Below, in pieces: positions 13,301 to 26,739 of a stretch of DNA of 64,000 nt. The position numbers were made by a program, and so were the translations under genes. The stretch's first letter is position 1. Each line of letters starts with the position of its first letter. The notes beneath the pieces are model-generated. The model was not told where the DNA came from. It saw only the letters and a program-made list of their open reading frames with translations, and searched no databases. The stretch comes from Trichoplax adhaerens (lineage: Eukaryota; Animalia; Placozoa): positions 3,864,008 through 3,928,007 of the forward strand of contig NW_002060943.1 in the NCBI RefSeq assembly GCF_000150275.1, given 5' to 3'.

Positions 13301-14958
13301 TTAATTCATAATCTATGTCAATTCAGGAATAAGAAAAGTTTGAATAGATATCGAAGTTTTTCTGGCTATAGAGAGTGCTAGCATCATTGAGCATAGATAT
13401 AGATTAGTGGATGAATTTATATCGTCCCAATAATACTACACGAAGAGAAATGAACTTACGCTTGATGATCTGCTAAAATAATTAAATAGGCATGATGTAA
13501 TTAAAACTCTAGCAATAAGATATATCCGCAACTGAGAAATTACGAAATCTTAAGATCATAATCATTCGTTGAAATACTTTTATTTTTTAAACCCATATAT
13601 ACTTTAATATTACTTAATATAGAATATATGAATAAGATAACTGTAATTTGCTCCGCTTAATTATAACATCTTGCTAACACTAATAGTTTGATGTAGAAGG
13701 ATGAAATTAACAACTTTTTTACCTATTATTATTGCGAAACTTTGTGACTCGATTTAATATCTGAAGTGATATTTGCCAATAAAAGCAAAGAATATTACAC
13801 GTATCTAGGGAAAGCAGTCCGATATTTTAACGCAAGCTATTTTTTTATATACAATCGAAGCTTTCCCTCAAGATAGACCATTACTATTTACTGATCTAAA
13901 ACTAATTAGTACTTCTCTTAATTCGGATTCATTCTCGAACTTAGTTGTTAGAGTACACTCAAGTTTCTTTTCCTACTTACATATCTAGAAAATCAATAAA
14001 ACTCCAAGCGCAACTGTAAATAATTTGCTAAACAGTAAGCAGTTGCTCTATGAATTTTGTACTATTCCAAAGTGTGATTCGCATATTTATTGACAGCCGC
14101 TGAAACAAAACGATATTGCTTCAAAGTCTCAATACTTCCGATATAGGGCGATAATAAATCTTAAAGAAATAATATCCCACATAAGTAATACTACGAAGGA
14201 GGAAGTAATAATAAATTTGCTTAACTATTTAGTTACAGCAAGATGATTCACACTGATTAGATATAAATTTATTTACTTTCTTCTTTTACGTCATGAAATT
14301 AAAATCATTCATAGTAGCTTAACGATTAAGGTTTACAAATAATAACAATCGGCTCCATTAGGATCATCGTGACCTTAACACGGTTCATTAATTGTAATTA
14401 TAATAGGACAAGATCTTCGTTTGGAAGATAGCTGGTGCCTTAAGAACAATTACGTCAGATGCAACAAAACACTCCTTGTAGCAACATTTCCAAATTGCCT
14501 CTGATACTTGCTTATTATTACAATTTGGAAACACGTACACAAAACACCTTAGCAATACAATACTGGCAATTCAATCTAAAAATTTTGATCTTATTATTTA
14601 TTTTAATGGCCTAATTAAGAAAATTATTCACGTGATATTTGCATATTCAGGCGATTATTCTTGTCCATTTTGATAATTGAAGCTGAAATAAATCAATTTC
14701 TGAAGAGTTTAGACCGATGTAATATAACACCACGACATTTAGTGACCGTTTAAATTCACATTTAAAGCATTTTCAATTATAAATTAATGAAGCCAGTAGG
14801 AATAAAGATTTAATACTTGCTATCGGAGAGTAAAGAACAAAATCGTTTCACAAAATGCTAAGATTTTAACTATCAGGCTTTATTTTACTTGGTACAAGAT
14901 ATCGATAAGATAATTAGATTAAGTTAGCGAGGTCAGGAACTGGTTATATTGCAATCTA

Positions 14959-16020
14959 ATGTCTATAATGGAACAAAACAGCAACGGTAGCATTAAAGCA
15001 TACCGAAATAATCTAATTCAGTCCAATCATACCAACGAGACAGCAGCATATTTCGTCAACTTGGTCGCAACTATTACGTATTTAGCAATAATTATCATCA
15101 TTGGTATCATCTATAATGTTATCAATTTAAGTACGATTTATAAAACTGTGATATTACATAATTATAGTAACGTATTAATTGCTAATTTAGCTATAGTTGA
15201 TCTAATGACAATAACTATCGTCTTGCCTATGGCAATTTCTATCTCTATTTTGAAGACCGAAGTCCCATCTTGGGTTTGTCAAGCCTTTGGATTTCTGTCT
15301 CAGTTTCTAGATTCAGTTTCAATTTGTAATAATGCAGCTATTAGTATCGATCGTTTTATTGCCGTAACATTGCCATACTACTACCAAAAACATATGACAT
15401 TTACGATATTAAAATGCGAAATTGTTATACTATGGTTGATACCTATACAAATCGGCGTCTTACCACTGATAAAAATGAAAAATTTTCAATTAGGCCAATT
15501 CGAATACATTTATCGATCTACTCAATGCTGGATTAACTTTCGTCAAAGCTATAATACAATTATAGCCTTAATTATTCTTATTTCAATGACATTAATGTTA
15601 ACCATTATTATTACTTGTTATATATTTATTTTTGTAGTTGCTTATGGTAAAAATATTAAAAATCCACCAAATATTCGAAATCTTAAGAAATCAATTAGGA
15701 CAACTATATTGATTGTTGGTGCCAATATTGTTTGCTGGATACCGATCTTAATTACGTGTTGGTTCTCATTCCTTCGCCCTCAAATAGATTATCCGGACAA
15801 TATTGATAAAATGAGCTCAATGCTATGTTATACTCATGCCGCTTTTAATCCTGTGATATACTGTACAACAAATCACATTTTGCGCAATAAATTAAAACGG
15901 ATCGCCAATAAACGCACAGCAATATTTCCGGCGGTTCCTCTTCGTATAACTCCAGCTTCATCTCGTCATATTCAGCGTGACTTAATTTTTCAAAATTCAA
16001 TTGTTCTAATTGATACTTAA
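14959..16020 (+). CDS. Intronless class A orphan GPCR, paralogue 2, 353 aa
   Basis: TM2 SNVLIANLAIVD, TM3 VCQ...AISIDRF, ECL2 QCWINF, ICL3/TM6 LKKSIRTT...CWIP, TM7 FNPVIY. Confidence 0.95.
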   Translation: MSIMEQNSNGSIKAYRNNLIQSNHTNETAAYFVNLVATITYLAIIIIIGIIYNVINLSTIYKTVILHNYSNVLIANLAIVDLMTITIVLPMAISISILKTEVPSWVCQAFGFLSQFLDSVSICNNAAISIDRFIAVTLPYYYQKHMTFTILKCEIVILWLIPIQIGVLPLIKMKNFQLGQFEYIYRSTQCWINFRQSYNTIIALIILISMTLMLTIIITCYIFIFVVAYGKNIKNPPNIRNLKKSIRTTILIVGANIVCWIPILITCWFSFLRPQIDYPDNIDKMSSMLCYTHAAFNPVIYCTTNHILRNKLKRIANKRTAIFPAVPLRITPASSRHIQRDLIFQNSIVLIDT

Positions 16021-19000
16021 TTCTACTGATGATAATAACCCAACTCTTGAAAATTATTTTAAAATGCTACGATCGATAAGAATAATGACTTTTATAAGTT
16101 ATCCATAGGGGTCTTGTAGATCATTTCACAGCAATTTCGAGACGATATAATCACTGTAACCTTTGAATACAAGACCAAGATATCACATCCATAAGATCTT
16201 GTAAGAAACTCTTTAAATAAATGAATTGAGAAGTACTGTAGCTTTTATTATTATCGACTTCGATCAAGATTCTATGATTCCATTTTGGTACAGCTTCCCA
16301 TAAAGATTGAGCAATACAGAAAAAATAGTTCAGACAAACAGATAGGAAAACTTGGCTACCAGTTTCGTAATAATGACATCAATTTAAATTTTAACTATTT
16401 ACGCTTATTTTCTAAACGTGATGGAGTAGTTTACGATATGTTAAAGTAGTTTTTTTGTATATCTAGAACAGCAGAAACAGTTTTATTCTATTTTTTTTAA
16501 ATTCGCGGTTGCGATGAGGTAAAAATCATCAAATACATCAGTTTTTTAATGAATAACGCGAGAAACATTCTTTCTTATATCTTTACGCATAATGTTTGTG
16601 TTGATTTTGATTTAACCAATGCTATGAAGTAAAAAACACGATCTTATAATGATAACAGTAATTTACTATATGAATAATCACTAATTTTAAATAACTCGAC
16701 TTTCTTTCTATCTTTTATTAATCCTTATATGATTTAATTCAATAACTACGTAGCTCGTGAAGTAATAAAAGATATTCGTTTTTCTTAAGATTTTTATGAA
16801 AGCTAAAAAAATGTAAAGTAATCAAACTATTCTCACTAACTTGAACTAAAATTTTTAGCTAGTCTCTTCAACAAGAGCTAATAAACGATATAGTAAGAGG
16901 TGTACTGTAAGCTATCCCCACTAGGTATTAAAGGATACAATATCTTAAATATAACATTAAATTTCTGAATCTAATGTATAATGTATTATAATATGCTCAT
17001 CTGTCTTTCCATTATTTCAATATTATTTACATTAGGAAGCTGCTTAACTATTGTGTTTACATACTTGACTAATGAATTTCAATAAAACGAAAGCTATTAC
17101 TTCACAACTTGTTAGTCTTTTCGAGATAATATTTCTGTTCAATATATGAGTAAATATCTCCTCTAGGATATAAAAGTACAGCCTGTAATAATTAAAATGA
17201 GAGAAAAAATTCGATTTAAGTCAATTCACATTATTAGACAATATACGCGTATAAGAACATATAATACTACATGCAGATATCAGTCACGTCCAGCTAAGCT
17301 TTATTATTATAAATATAGTAAAATTACACGTTATATACAACTAATATAAAATTTATTTCTTATTAATACTTGTAGTGTTTTAGTTAATAATTTTCATTCA
17401 ATTAGTAATTAATTCGAATCACATTATTTTTGAATGTTCTAATATTGTTATAAGTTTACCTAAAAATAAATGATATATAATGTATTCGATAGTGCAAACT
17501 ATCTCTAATTTTGCTACTTTGCAGTAACCTATGCAGTATTCGTTAATACTATAGTTTATAATTATGAGATCCATATTATTGAACATCTATAGCCTGATTA
17601 AATATTTAAAATATATTTCCGATGCAGCGTTCGTTCTCATGTATCACGTTTTATTAATATTGATGAGAGATAAGTAACCTGCATAGCCCTGTCTCTTAAC
17701 GTGCTCATTTACGTATGCATATTTTTGTGTCTATATAACATGATATACACGGATCAGTCTACGAATATAACTTCGTTAACTCTTCTAGTAATATTTGACC
17801 ATATATTCCCTCACGTATGCAAGCAAAATCGTGGCGCCACTTAATTTCGATTCGACAAGATGTAAGGTTCAATAATACAAGATCAATAAACTATAAGCAT
17901 AAGAAAATCTTAAATGCAGGCATACGATATATGCAATTTACAGCCTCAGTAGAAGCAAGATACGTGAATTAAACTATTACAAGATATTGATACATACTTA
18001 TCAGTTTCGCTTAAATTCATTTATGGAGCTAAAAAAGTGTATACGTTACCGCCAGTGTATACTAAATACTGGTGTTCACACTAGGCTAAACAGGTTTACA
18101 TAATTATCGTATACATACATAACATACCCATTGACTTCATTACAATCTGAAACACAGTATATATCAATTAAATCTCTCGAATGATAAGATATCAAATATC
18201 TTCGATTTCATTTTTACCAATAATTTAGTCATCATATGACACTCACATTATCGATATAGTCAAGTATTGATATTACTGCCCATTCCTTTTAAAGCTATAC
18301 GTAGATTCGTACTTTTTATATGCTGTATCAATAATAAGAAAATAAACGAAGTTGAAATGGACTTTTTATTCGTTCTTGTACGATAGCAATAGTATACCAT
18401 AACTCTTGTATGCAGTGTAGTATCGAAAAGGTTCACGTTAAATTAAATTACTATAAACTGAGTGTCCAGTAAACTAGAATCCAGTTAACTTAGCCAAACT
18501 CTCATTTGTATTATCTCAACAATATTATGGATATGAATTCTATCGATCAAAACTGCCTACTCAGACTATCCCGTACACATACCCATAGAGTGTTGTTATA
18601 TATTATCGTGCACACATTTCAACAATTTCATGCAGTGCTGGTAAAAATTCGATCTCTATTACGATATTTATTTTAGTGGTAATTATAATAAAATGGGGAT
18701 ATAGATATATCCATTCGATCTTTTCCATTAAAAACAGTCAATATCTGAATAATGCAATAAAACATACAATATCAACTTCCGTAATGACAATGTAATTTTT
18801 TATGATTCGTTTATTTTATGTATAGCTACTAAACATGCATATGCGAGTGCATTATGTCTCTTCGTACTCACTTCCTAATAGCATATTCAAATTAGCCTAT
18901 AATAAATTAATACTTCTTGTTCGATGGAAGCGTCAGCCATAAATATGCGTATTTATTAAGGAATCATTTAAAATTTGGATTAGCTTCGATCCTTATACCG

Positions 19001-22000
19001 TATTCTTCAAATTCTCGCCGTAAGACAAAGATAAAAGACTACTTTGTTGACCGAAAGTAGTAGAAACTGCGAACTAACTTAGAAATCAAGAATGTTCTAT
19101 TATTGCCAATTCATAAAATTACTGTCATTTGGTATTGTACGTGAAGAAAATACAAAAGCAACATTTAGAGATATAAGCATTATCATCACCGACTTACCTG
19201 AACGTAAAATTTTTCAATTTAGTCTTTACAGCAAACTCAAATATAAGACGACTCCAGTTTCTTTCCGTAGAAGTTAACTGTCATGATCACTTAGCAACGT
19301 TAATAGATTTTAGGTTGGTGTCATAACTCGCACAACGTATTTGTTAGAAGATGAATTAATTAAATTTATTATACAAAATTTCTTATCCATCCTTTTTTTA
19401 ATATTCGAGCTCCAAGAATATTCGCTTATAACAAATGAGTCATAAAAGGTGTCCAAAAATTCTTCAATATCTAATGTTTTAAATCAAATTCGTCACTTTA
19501 TTACAATACAGGCAAGAGTAGATCTGGCACGATTGCCAGCATTCGTGAATAATGGTTTTAATTCATCAACGAAAAAATCTTCCAAAAATACCAGTAGCAA
19601 TTGAGTCGCTTGGTATATGGAGAATAACAAATTATTACATTTAGGGGACTAATGGGGTAGTGCATTACAAATAGATCAGAACTATAAGTCATTACGAGAT
19701 CAACAAATATTTTAAATGCCAATAACTTATTGCAATACTAGTCTATTAGTCTATTTCTGTTTAAAAACAACATTCTCGTTAACAACAGTAAAAAGTATTG
19801 GATTATATCATTTCTTAATTGATAATGTCTATGGCAATTATTCGTCGAAAAAATTATAAAAAAAAGTTTTCATGCGCTTATTAATTGAATGTTACAAATT
19901 ATTTATTAGAACTATTGAAACCTTATTTATACGCCTTGAGAAAATTTATAACTGCAAAAACATCGATGTTCAGTACTCTATAATTTTCATAAACAATTCT
20001 AACCCTACTGTCATTAGTTAGTTTTTAAATGTAATTTACCTTTCTTTGTAAGTAAATACACTAAAAAACACTGAGATAAGTAATGAAAATAGTCCTACAA
20101 TATGATTTTCTACACAGCATGCACCTTAATTGATATGATAAAGTCGATCTTTATATTTGAGTGATTATGATGCTTCAGTATTTAAACTCACTCCCCAATA
20201 GATCTTGTACTATAAGCATTGAAATCAATTTAAATATTATTATCATTTAAGATTCTAGAGCTGTTACTGCACTTGTAGATTATTGGCTAGTAAGCAAAGC
20301 TTTAGGAATGCTAGGGACATCATCAAAACTGATGGATTGTAACGCTACTATTGCGCAAACTGATATCACCAAGATCAGATGGTTTTATAGGCATATTCTA
20401 TTGCCGTCATTTTTAAATGCATAATAGTCTCCTGCAAGAATGTAAGTATTAAGCCCTATCTATCCTCCTATCTACAGAAATGGAATTCTATGGGTCAGGT
20501 AGCTGCAGAAGAAAGACGGAATATTCTACATTAATAACAGTTTTAACGATGAAATCAGCAAATAAGTTCCATCAGAGATTAATAATGTGACAAATATGGG
20601 AATATTTTAATCTCGTTGAGAAATAAGCAATAAAGATCTTATTCTATTATTGATTTATTAATGAACGAATTGAAATAATACGAAATTGAGAACAGGAACT
20701 GTATTAACAATATTATCCAGTATTCGTAACTTGGTAGATTTTAAGACGATTGGTGTGAGTTTCATTTTAGGACATTTATTTCCATTACTTTATATACAAA
20801 GATTGATGCCTAGATTTTCTTAATATTTTAAGTACTTGTAGCGATTTCAGCCAAATTACTGTAATAATATGAAGGACAGTAATTGTCGCCTGTTACAGTG
20901 TTAAATACTGTATTACAGTAGAAATAACTATGTTAGGATAATTCTGTTAGGCTATCCTTATTTAGTTAACTTCTAATTTGGATATACTGTGTTTTAATAT
21001 AGCACTGACTTTTTATGACAGTGACACTTATACACATACTGAAATTAATAGTTATAATAGGGAATGCAAATCATCTACTTACAATTCGAATCATTGTGAT
21101 TGTAATTTACTTATGCTAGATTGTAAATTATCATGGAAATGTTCCGTGATAGGACATATCGTAATCTGACTATTCTGTATTAGTCATTACATGTCTATGT
21201 TTGTAAATACTGTTGTCTGCATTAAGGGAGCAGTAGCTATAAGTAATATCTAATTCAGTAAAGGATTCCGAGGTTAATTGTATTAACTATGACTCATGAA
21301 CTATTGAGGAATAGTATATAAATGCAGTATATCGTGAAATAAAGAGAATTTCTCCAACTTAGTGCTTAACGTAAAATACGAGGCGTTTAAGTCTTTGTGT
21401 AGTCTGCTAGTAGAGCAAAAGTGTTTGTGATAGTGCAGATATCGTTCCTTGATACGTGGTTCAAGGAATTGACTTATTGATCGTATATTGCGTTATCTTG
21501 TTGCAAAGCTGTTTTGTGGCATCGCCCAATAGAGATTTACTCATTTTTAATAACTCAAATTTCGAGTTAGTAGGTTGCGAACCTAAAGGGTTATAAAACC
21601 CATTCACTACAGTATTAAAGGCAACATAGCCACTTTAGATCGCTATAACTACAGTGCATTCATTGACTAATAGTAACCTTTAAAATTGACGATATATTGC
21701 ATGATAAATTAATTTACTTTTTTGTTCTGACTCTATTAACAAGAATTGGCTTATTATCAGCCAAGTCATAAATATAATTGATAGCTCACCAAATAGATTA
21801 TTACGAAATATGATGAGTATTTTATTTGATAATAATAACAGTAAAGCCGTTATTTCAACTATGGAGGACATCTAGCATCGATTAGTCATGAACTTAAGTG
21901 TCTCAGTATAATCAAAGCTGGTTTATAAAATGATCCTGAGATCAACAGTTACCTAATTAATACAGAATACAGTTCATAGTCTTATGGTCTTACTATTTGT

Positions 22001-23054
22001 TATCAATTAGCATTATATTCTGTAACGCTTCCAAATTTTAGCTGCGTTTATTACCATGATTTAGAGTTTAAAACTAATTTAAATCCATCTCATTATAGCA
22101 ATTTAATTTATAAGTTAATAAATAAGTAATTTTTTTAACTGGGTTAGCCAACTACCGGTAATTGTTCCTGTCATAATTAATGTTAAAAATTGATATACTA
22201 TTATTACTTCATAGAATTATAACTTCATAATGCAGGATATATAGCTTTCATTATAATTATCTAGATGATACAATCATTGATTGAGAGAATAATATTCATC
22301 ATAATAAAAATTGATCAAATCAATTATGATCATTTTAAAGTTTACTTTAATAAAGTAATGAGGATAGATAACAGCTATCCTTGTTAATCAATATCGATTA
22401 TATAGTTTATCTAAATTTAGTTCTAAATCACTATTATAATTACTGCTTTGAAGTATGACAGTAATTAAGACGTTGCAAGTTCATTGTTTTACTGTACTCG
22501 TATAAAATTAAATTATGAGCTAAACTCAAACTAATATAACATAACAAAATGTATCCTCATATATAATTGATCATAATCAGATTTCATTAAATAAGTGAAA
22601 AATACAATAAGCGACTGTAATCACGATAATTATGCTGACGTGAAGAGTAGTCAATTATTCTCTACAGTGATTTTAATTTCCACATATATCTGTCTCCATT
22701 CATTGGGATATTCATTAAGCGACCTTCTATTAAAAAAATATACCTAATGAATGATAACGTTGAACAAATAGGAAAAAACAACTGTCCCGTGACAAAAGAT
22801 ATTATCACCACTTTCCTCTTATTTTCAAATTGATACTACCACAAGCCTTTGGGAACAGTTACAGTGATATATTCTCAGAAGAAAGTATTAAGTACGTGCA
22901 GTAAAGAGCCACAGACTACTGTGATCAATTTATTTCATCTTATGTCATTCTTTTAACATGAGCCCAAATAGACTACTTGGATACAAATTATGTACTAAGA
23001 TATAAAAATTCAATTTATCAATGTTGCTTTTATTGATCGAGCAACCACAACGTG

Positions 23055-24068
23055 ATGATAAATTTAACAAATAGTTCATTTCCTTACATGCCAATCTTAT
23101 CCTACAAAGACATTTTCGTTGTTACAATATTGGGAATAATTGCTTCGGTCGCTTCGTTTGGTAATCTTTTCAATCTCTATCTCATCTATCACTCAAGATC
23201 ATCACAATTGGTTGGTACTTTACTTCTTGCAAATTTAGGTTTAGCCGATTTATTTTCTGGACTTGTTGTTATGCCGTTAGCTATTTATAGTTTCATCGTA
23301 CAAGATACTATATCTCCGTTTCTGTGCCAACTGTGGGCAGTATTAGCTAGCCTAAGTATTGGTGTATCCTTTTATACTACTGCAGCCATTAGTATCGACC
23401 GCTGTATCGCCGTTGCTAGTCCATTTTATTACTCTCAATCTGTTAATTTACGTGTATTAAAAGTCCAGATTGTAATATTATGGCTAATAACTAGTGTAAT
23501 CGCCATTATGCCAATGCTAGGCTTGAAAGCCTATGGTATTGGACATTACAGTTATATTACAGGATCGCAACAATGTTGGGTTGATTTTACGGACAGAGAT
23601 CACAATTATTATATTGGATTGGTTTTGTTGTCGATACTATCGTGCACGATAGTGATCATTGTACTGTGTTATAGTATTATATTTATCATTGCTTGGAGAA
23701 AAGGTTTACAAAATCTATCAGGCCATGGTACTATCAAAAAATCGATCCGAACAACTGGTTTAATTGTTGGCACCAGTCTAATGTGTTGGATTCCTCTTAT
23801 AACTATATCTTACGTCGAATTTATAGACTTCATGTTACTGATATCAGATGACATAGTATTAGCAGCCTATCTTCTTACATTTTGTAGCTCCGCTATTAAT
23901 CCTGTCGTTTACTCATTGACAAATAGCGAACTTAAGCGTCGTGTCCGACTAACGTTGCGAAGGACAAACGTAATTGCATTTTCACAATCAAAGCGTAAAG
24001 GCAAAGTTAACCCGATCGGAATCGATTCTGTTATTGGTAATCTCCATAGCTCTGTAATAGTCGGCTAA
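23055..24068 (+). CDS. Intronless class A orphan GPCR, paralogue 3, ~337 aa (ATG at 23055 rather than the GTG at 23052)
   Basis: TM1 FGN, TM2 LANLGLAD, TM3 LCQ...AISIDRC, ECL2 QCWVDF, KKSIRTT...CWIP, TM7 INPVVY. Confidence 0.95.
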   Translation: MINLTNSSFPYMPILSYKDIFVVTILGIIASVASFGNLFNLYLIYHSRSSQLVGTLLLANLGLADLFSGLVVMPLAIYSFIVQDTISPFLCQLWAVLASLSIGVSFYTTAAISIDRCIAVASPFYYSQSVNLRVLKVQIVILWLITSVIAIMPMLGLKAYGIGHYSYITGSQQCWVDFTDRDHNYYIGLVLLSILSCTIVIIVLCYSIIFIIAWRKGLQNLSGHGTIKKSIRTTGLIVGTSLMCWIPLITISYVEFIDFMLLISDDIVLAAYLLTFCSSAINPVVYSLTNSELKRRVRLTLRRTNVIAFSQSKRKGKVNPIGIDSVIGNLHSSVIVG

Positions 24069-25452
24069 TTATTTGCTTACTGGAAAAGAAATTGATTGTT
24101 TCTAAATGTAATGTGTCATTAGTACATAGACATGTACGGTCCTAATTTATTGTATAAATAAAAAATAAATTATTTTACAAAAATTATGGCGAGCTTTGTA
24201 TTCAATAACGATAAAATGTGGAGCATAAAGTAAATATATTTTTTTTATTTTGCGTAAGGCTAATACATTCGTCATATATTACGTTAAGATATTAAAACTG
24301 ATGATAGGACTTATGAATTCACTAATTTCGTCAATTTGTTTAGTTGAGAAATAGAGATGTTGTTAGCAAGTAATATAGCACATAATCAATCCTTTAAAAA
24401 CCGATGTGTTACCAACGAGTAATCAGATCAAAACTAACCAAATTCTTAAATCTTTGGAAACTTATGGTAGCCTACTTGGGCCTTCCATACTGTCTATATG
24501 ATGAAATACCGTAGTATGTAAATCCAACTACTGTAGGTCATTGACTTTAATTGCATACTTAAAGACAGAACTAACTCTACCGTAACGAATAGAAAAGTAA
24601 ACCTAACTTTCTGTCATACTGTAATTAGAGATTAAACATCGTTATTATCCTTTTCTATAATTCTCCTAATGCAACTATCTCATCATTTCCGTCGATACCT
24701 GTGTCAGTTGAAACTAGCGGATCAGTTCAGTAATAAAATTATGTAAAATCAATAAACAGGAGTACCATAAGTGATTTATTATTTATTTCGAATTTTGAAG
24801 ATATTGTAAAAAATGACTAGGAACTTATTCAATATGTGTACCATGAATATTTTATTCTGAAGTGGACTGCGCAATCAAGCATTCACGATACTTGATTATT
24901 AACTTCGTACATGGACCACTAAAGAGAAGACCTACTTTTCCAGTAGGTCATGCGTCGTATGCTATCCCTTATACCAGGGCTAATTATCGAACTAATTTGA
25001 AAGAGAAAAATACTCGATTTTCTTGGTTATTTGTATTCAAAGTATTATAATCAGTGTGCAGAGTGTAAATTAATTGGAAGGCGGGCGGCAGCCATTATGA
25101 TAATGAGTATCGCTATACATCTACTTTTACGTATTTGTAGATTCGTTAGTTGCCTAGCAATTGTGCCTTTGCAAATTAATTGCCCATTTACTGTTCAAAC
25201 GCAATTTACTCGTAGATCTGCATTGGTCAACAGTCATCAACGATTTTAGCACAAAGGACTACAGGAAACAGTAGTAAACTAGGACATCAAGCCTCTCATG
25301 AATCCCTTAGTGATATATAAAAAAAAAAACAAGCAATTCTAGTGTGGAGTACATCTTGATTGTACTGTAGAAGCCCTATTTTCGATTCGACTAGCGCTAT
25401 AAAACCAACTAGTCCATCCATCTTCTATTACACTAAAAGCTATCGCACTGTA

Positions 25453-25945
25453 ATGGAAAATTCTTCTATTGCAATGAATAATTTCATTACTATTCAATCT
25501 AATAGCAAAGCTATGCACAAAATTGAGTCCATCGGCATGGCGATTGATGATAGATTATTGAATGGTGTACAGTATTATCATCGTGCAGACAAGCAGACGT
25601 GAGCTGTGCAATGCTAGCAATGTTATTTTAGCCAACCTTAGCATTAGCATGACTATCCGAAAATTGATTTTCATTGATAATCATCGATTCTTTCTCTATT
25701 ATCAAGTCCATAGGAAATACTAGGTGCCTATACACTTTCTTTGCTGAAGGTGGTCTTGCCACTATCTGGCTCTGAGTTCTGCTAAGGTCTGCACGTGTGA
25801 GCTACTTTATGGTAGCAACCTGTGCCAATTACAACTATCTAAAGCGTTCTACTTCCTCTGCCAATTCAATCCAATCATTTTTTACACAGTGTTTTGGCCT
25901 ATTTCTGTAAGCAGATTGAGACTGTAATTAGTATCAACCATAGAG
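25453..25945 (+). pseudogene. Probable decayed fourth GPCR of the cluster (N-terminus to TM3 remnants)
   Basis: ATG 25453 gives MENSSIAMNNFITIQSNS. After a frameshift: IIIVQTSRRELCNASNVILANLSIS (~25574-25648; cf. paralogue 2 LHNYSNVLIANLAIVD). Later fragments VPITTI*SVL, LCQF, and gtaattagtatcaac (cf. gcaattagtatcgat = AISID). Same strand as the cluster. Confidence 0.5.
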
Positions 25946-26739
25946 ATAGATCTCATATTTTTATATTATTATCTCGATGGTATCGACAAAGTCGCTTGAA
26001 ATTGCAGCTAAATCAAAGTAGGGCAAGGTAAAGTTTTTTCCGCCATCCTACAAATCCACCATTTAGACACCAGCCAAAGTACGGTTGTCTTGGATACGGT
26101 ACGGTATGGCACGGTCCTTCTACGATTGATTGACTGTCGCTGTTGGCAACTGCAGGTATTGATACAGTATAGGAATTGTGGCTGCATTTTGCGGCATCTC
26201 GCACCTTAACTTAATTCGGCTTGCTCGACTAGCTGCAACCACATGCCATTGCCCATCTTGCCTTGGCGCTGTAGGAAAGTGGGAAAGAGTGCAATTTTCC
26301 ATGCATTTGCTTGCGGTTTTATCCTATAGAATTAATAGACAAGCTATACGTTGACCAGTTTGCTACTTTGCGGACTAATAGTACATGAAGTAATCGTTTG
26401 CCGTCAACCAAGCTTCAATTGGACTTCATACGAGCGCAGTAAACTCCACGTTGCAGCAGCTTGCCATTTCGACGATTTCAGCTATTCTTGCAAAGCGAAT
26501 CGTTCGGTATGCATTGAACAACTGAACATAGTAAATGAAATAAATTGTGATAGGTATTACTTTAGACCTAGTAGTCCTTAGTCCTATCTTGAAAGAGCTA
26601 AAAATAAGATTATTGGTCTGGATTAAATGGTCATTCGTGCTGTTGAACTTCCAACAGTACTGTGTTGAATCCATTTTTTTCATCATTTTTTCTCCTAGCT
26701 GTAACGCAACTCATCTTTCAAGAATTGAATACGAGCAGG

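Noticed and set aside
19380-19630. Minus-strand protein-like frame (…LEDFFVDELKPLF…LDIEEFLDTFYDSF…) with two stops
   Set aside because: No identifiable family or clear splice sites; could be chance. A BLASTX search would be needed.
2406-24068. Calling the GPCRs true opsins
   Set aside because: The K296-equivalent residue is F/Y/F, so there is no Schiff-base lysine.
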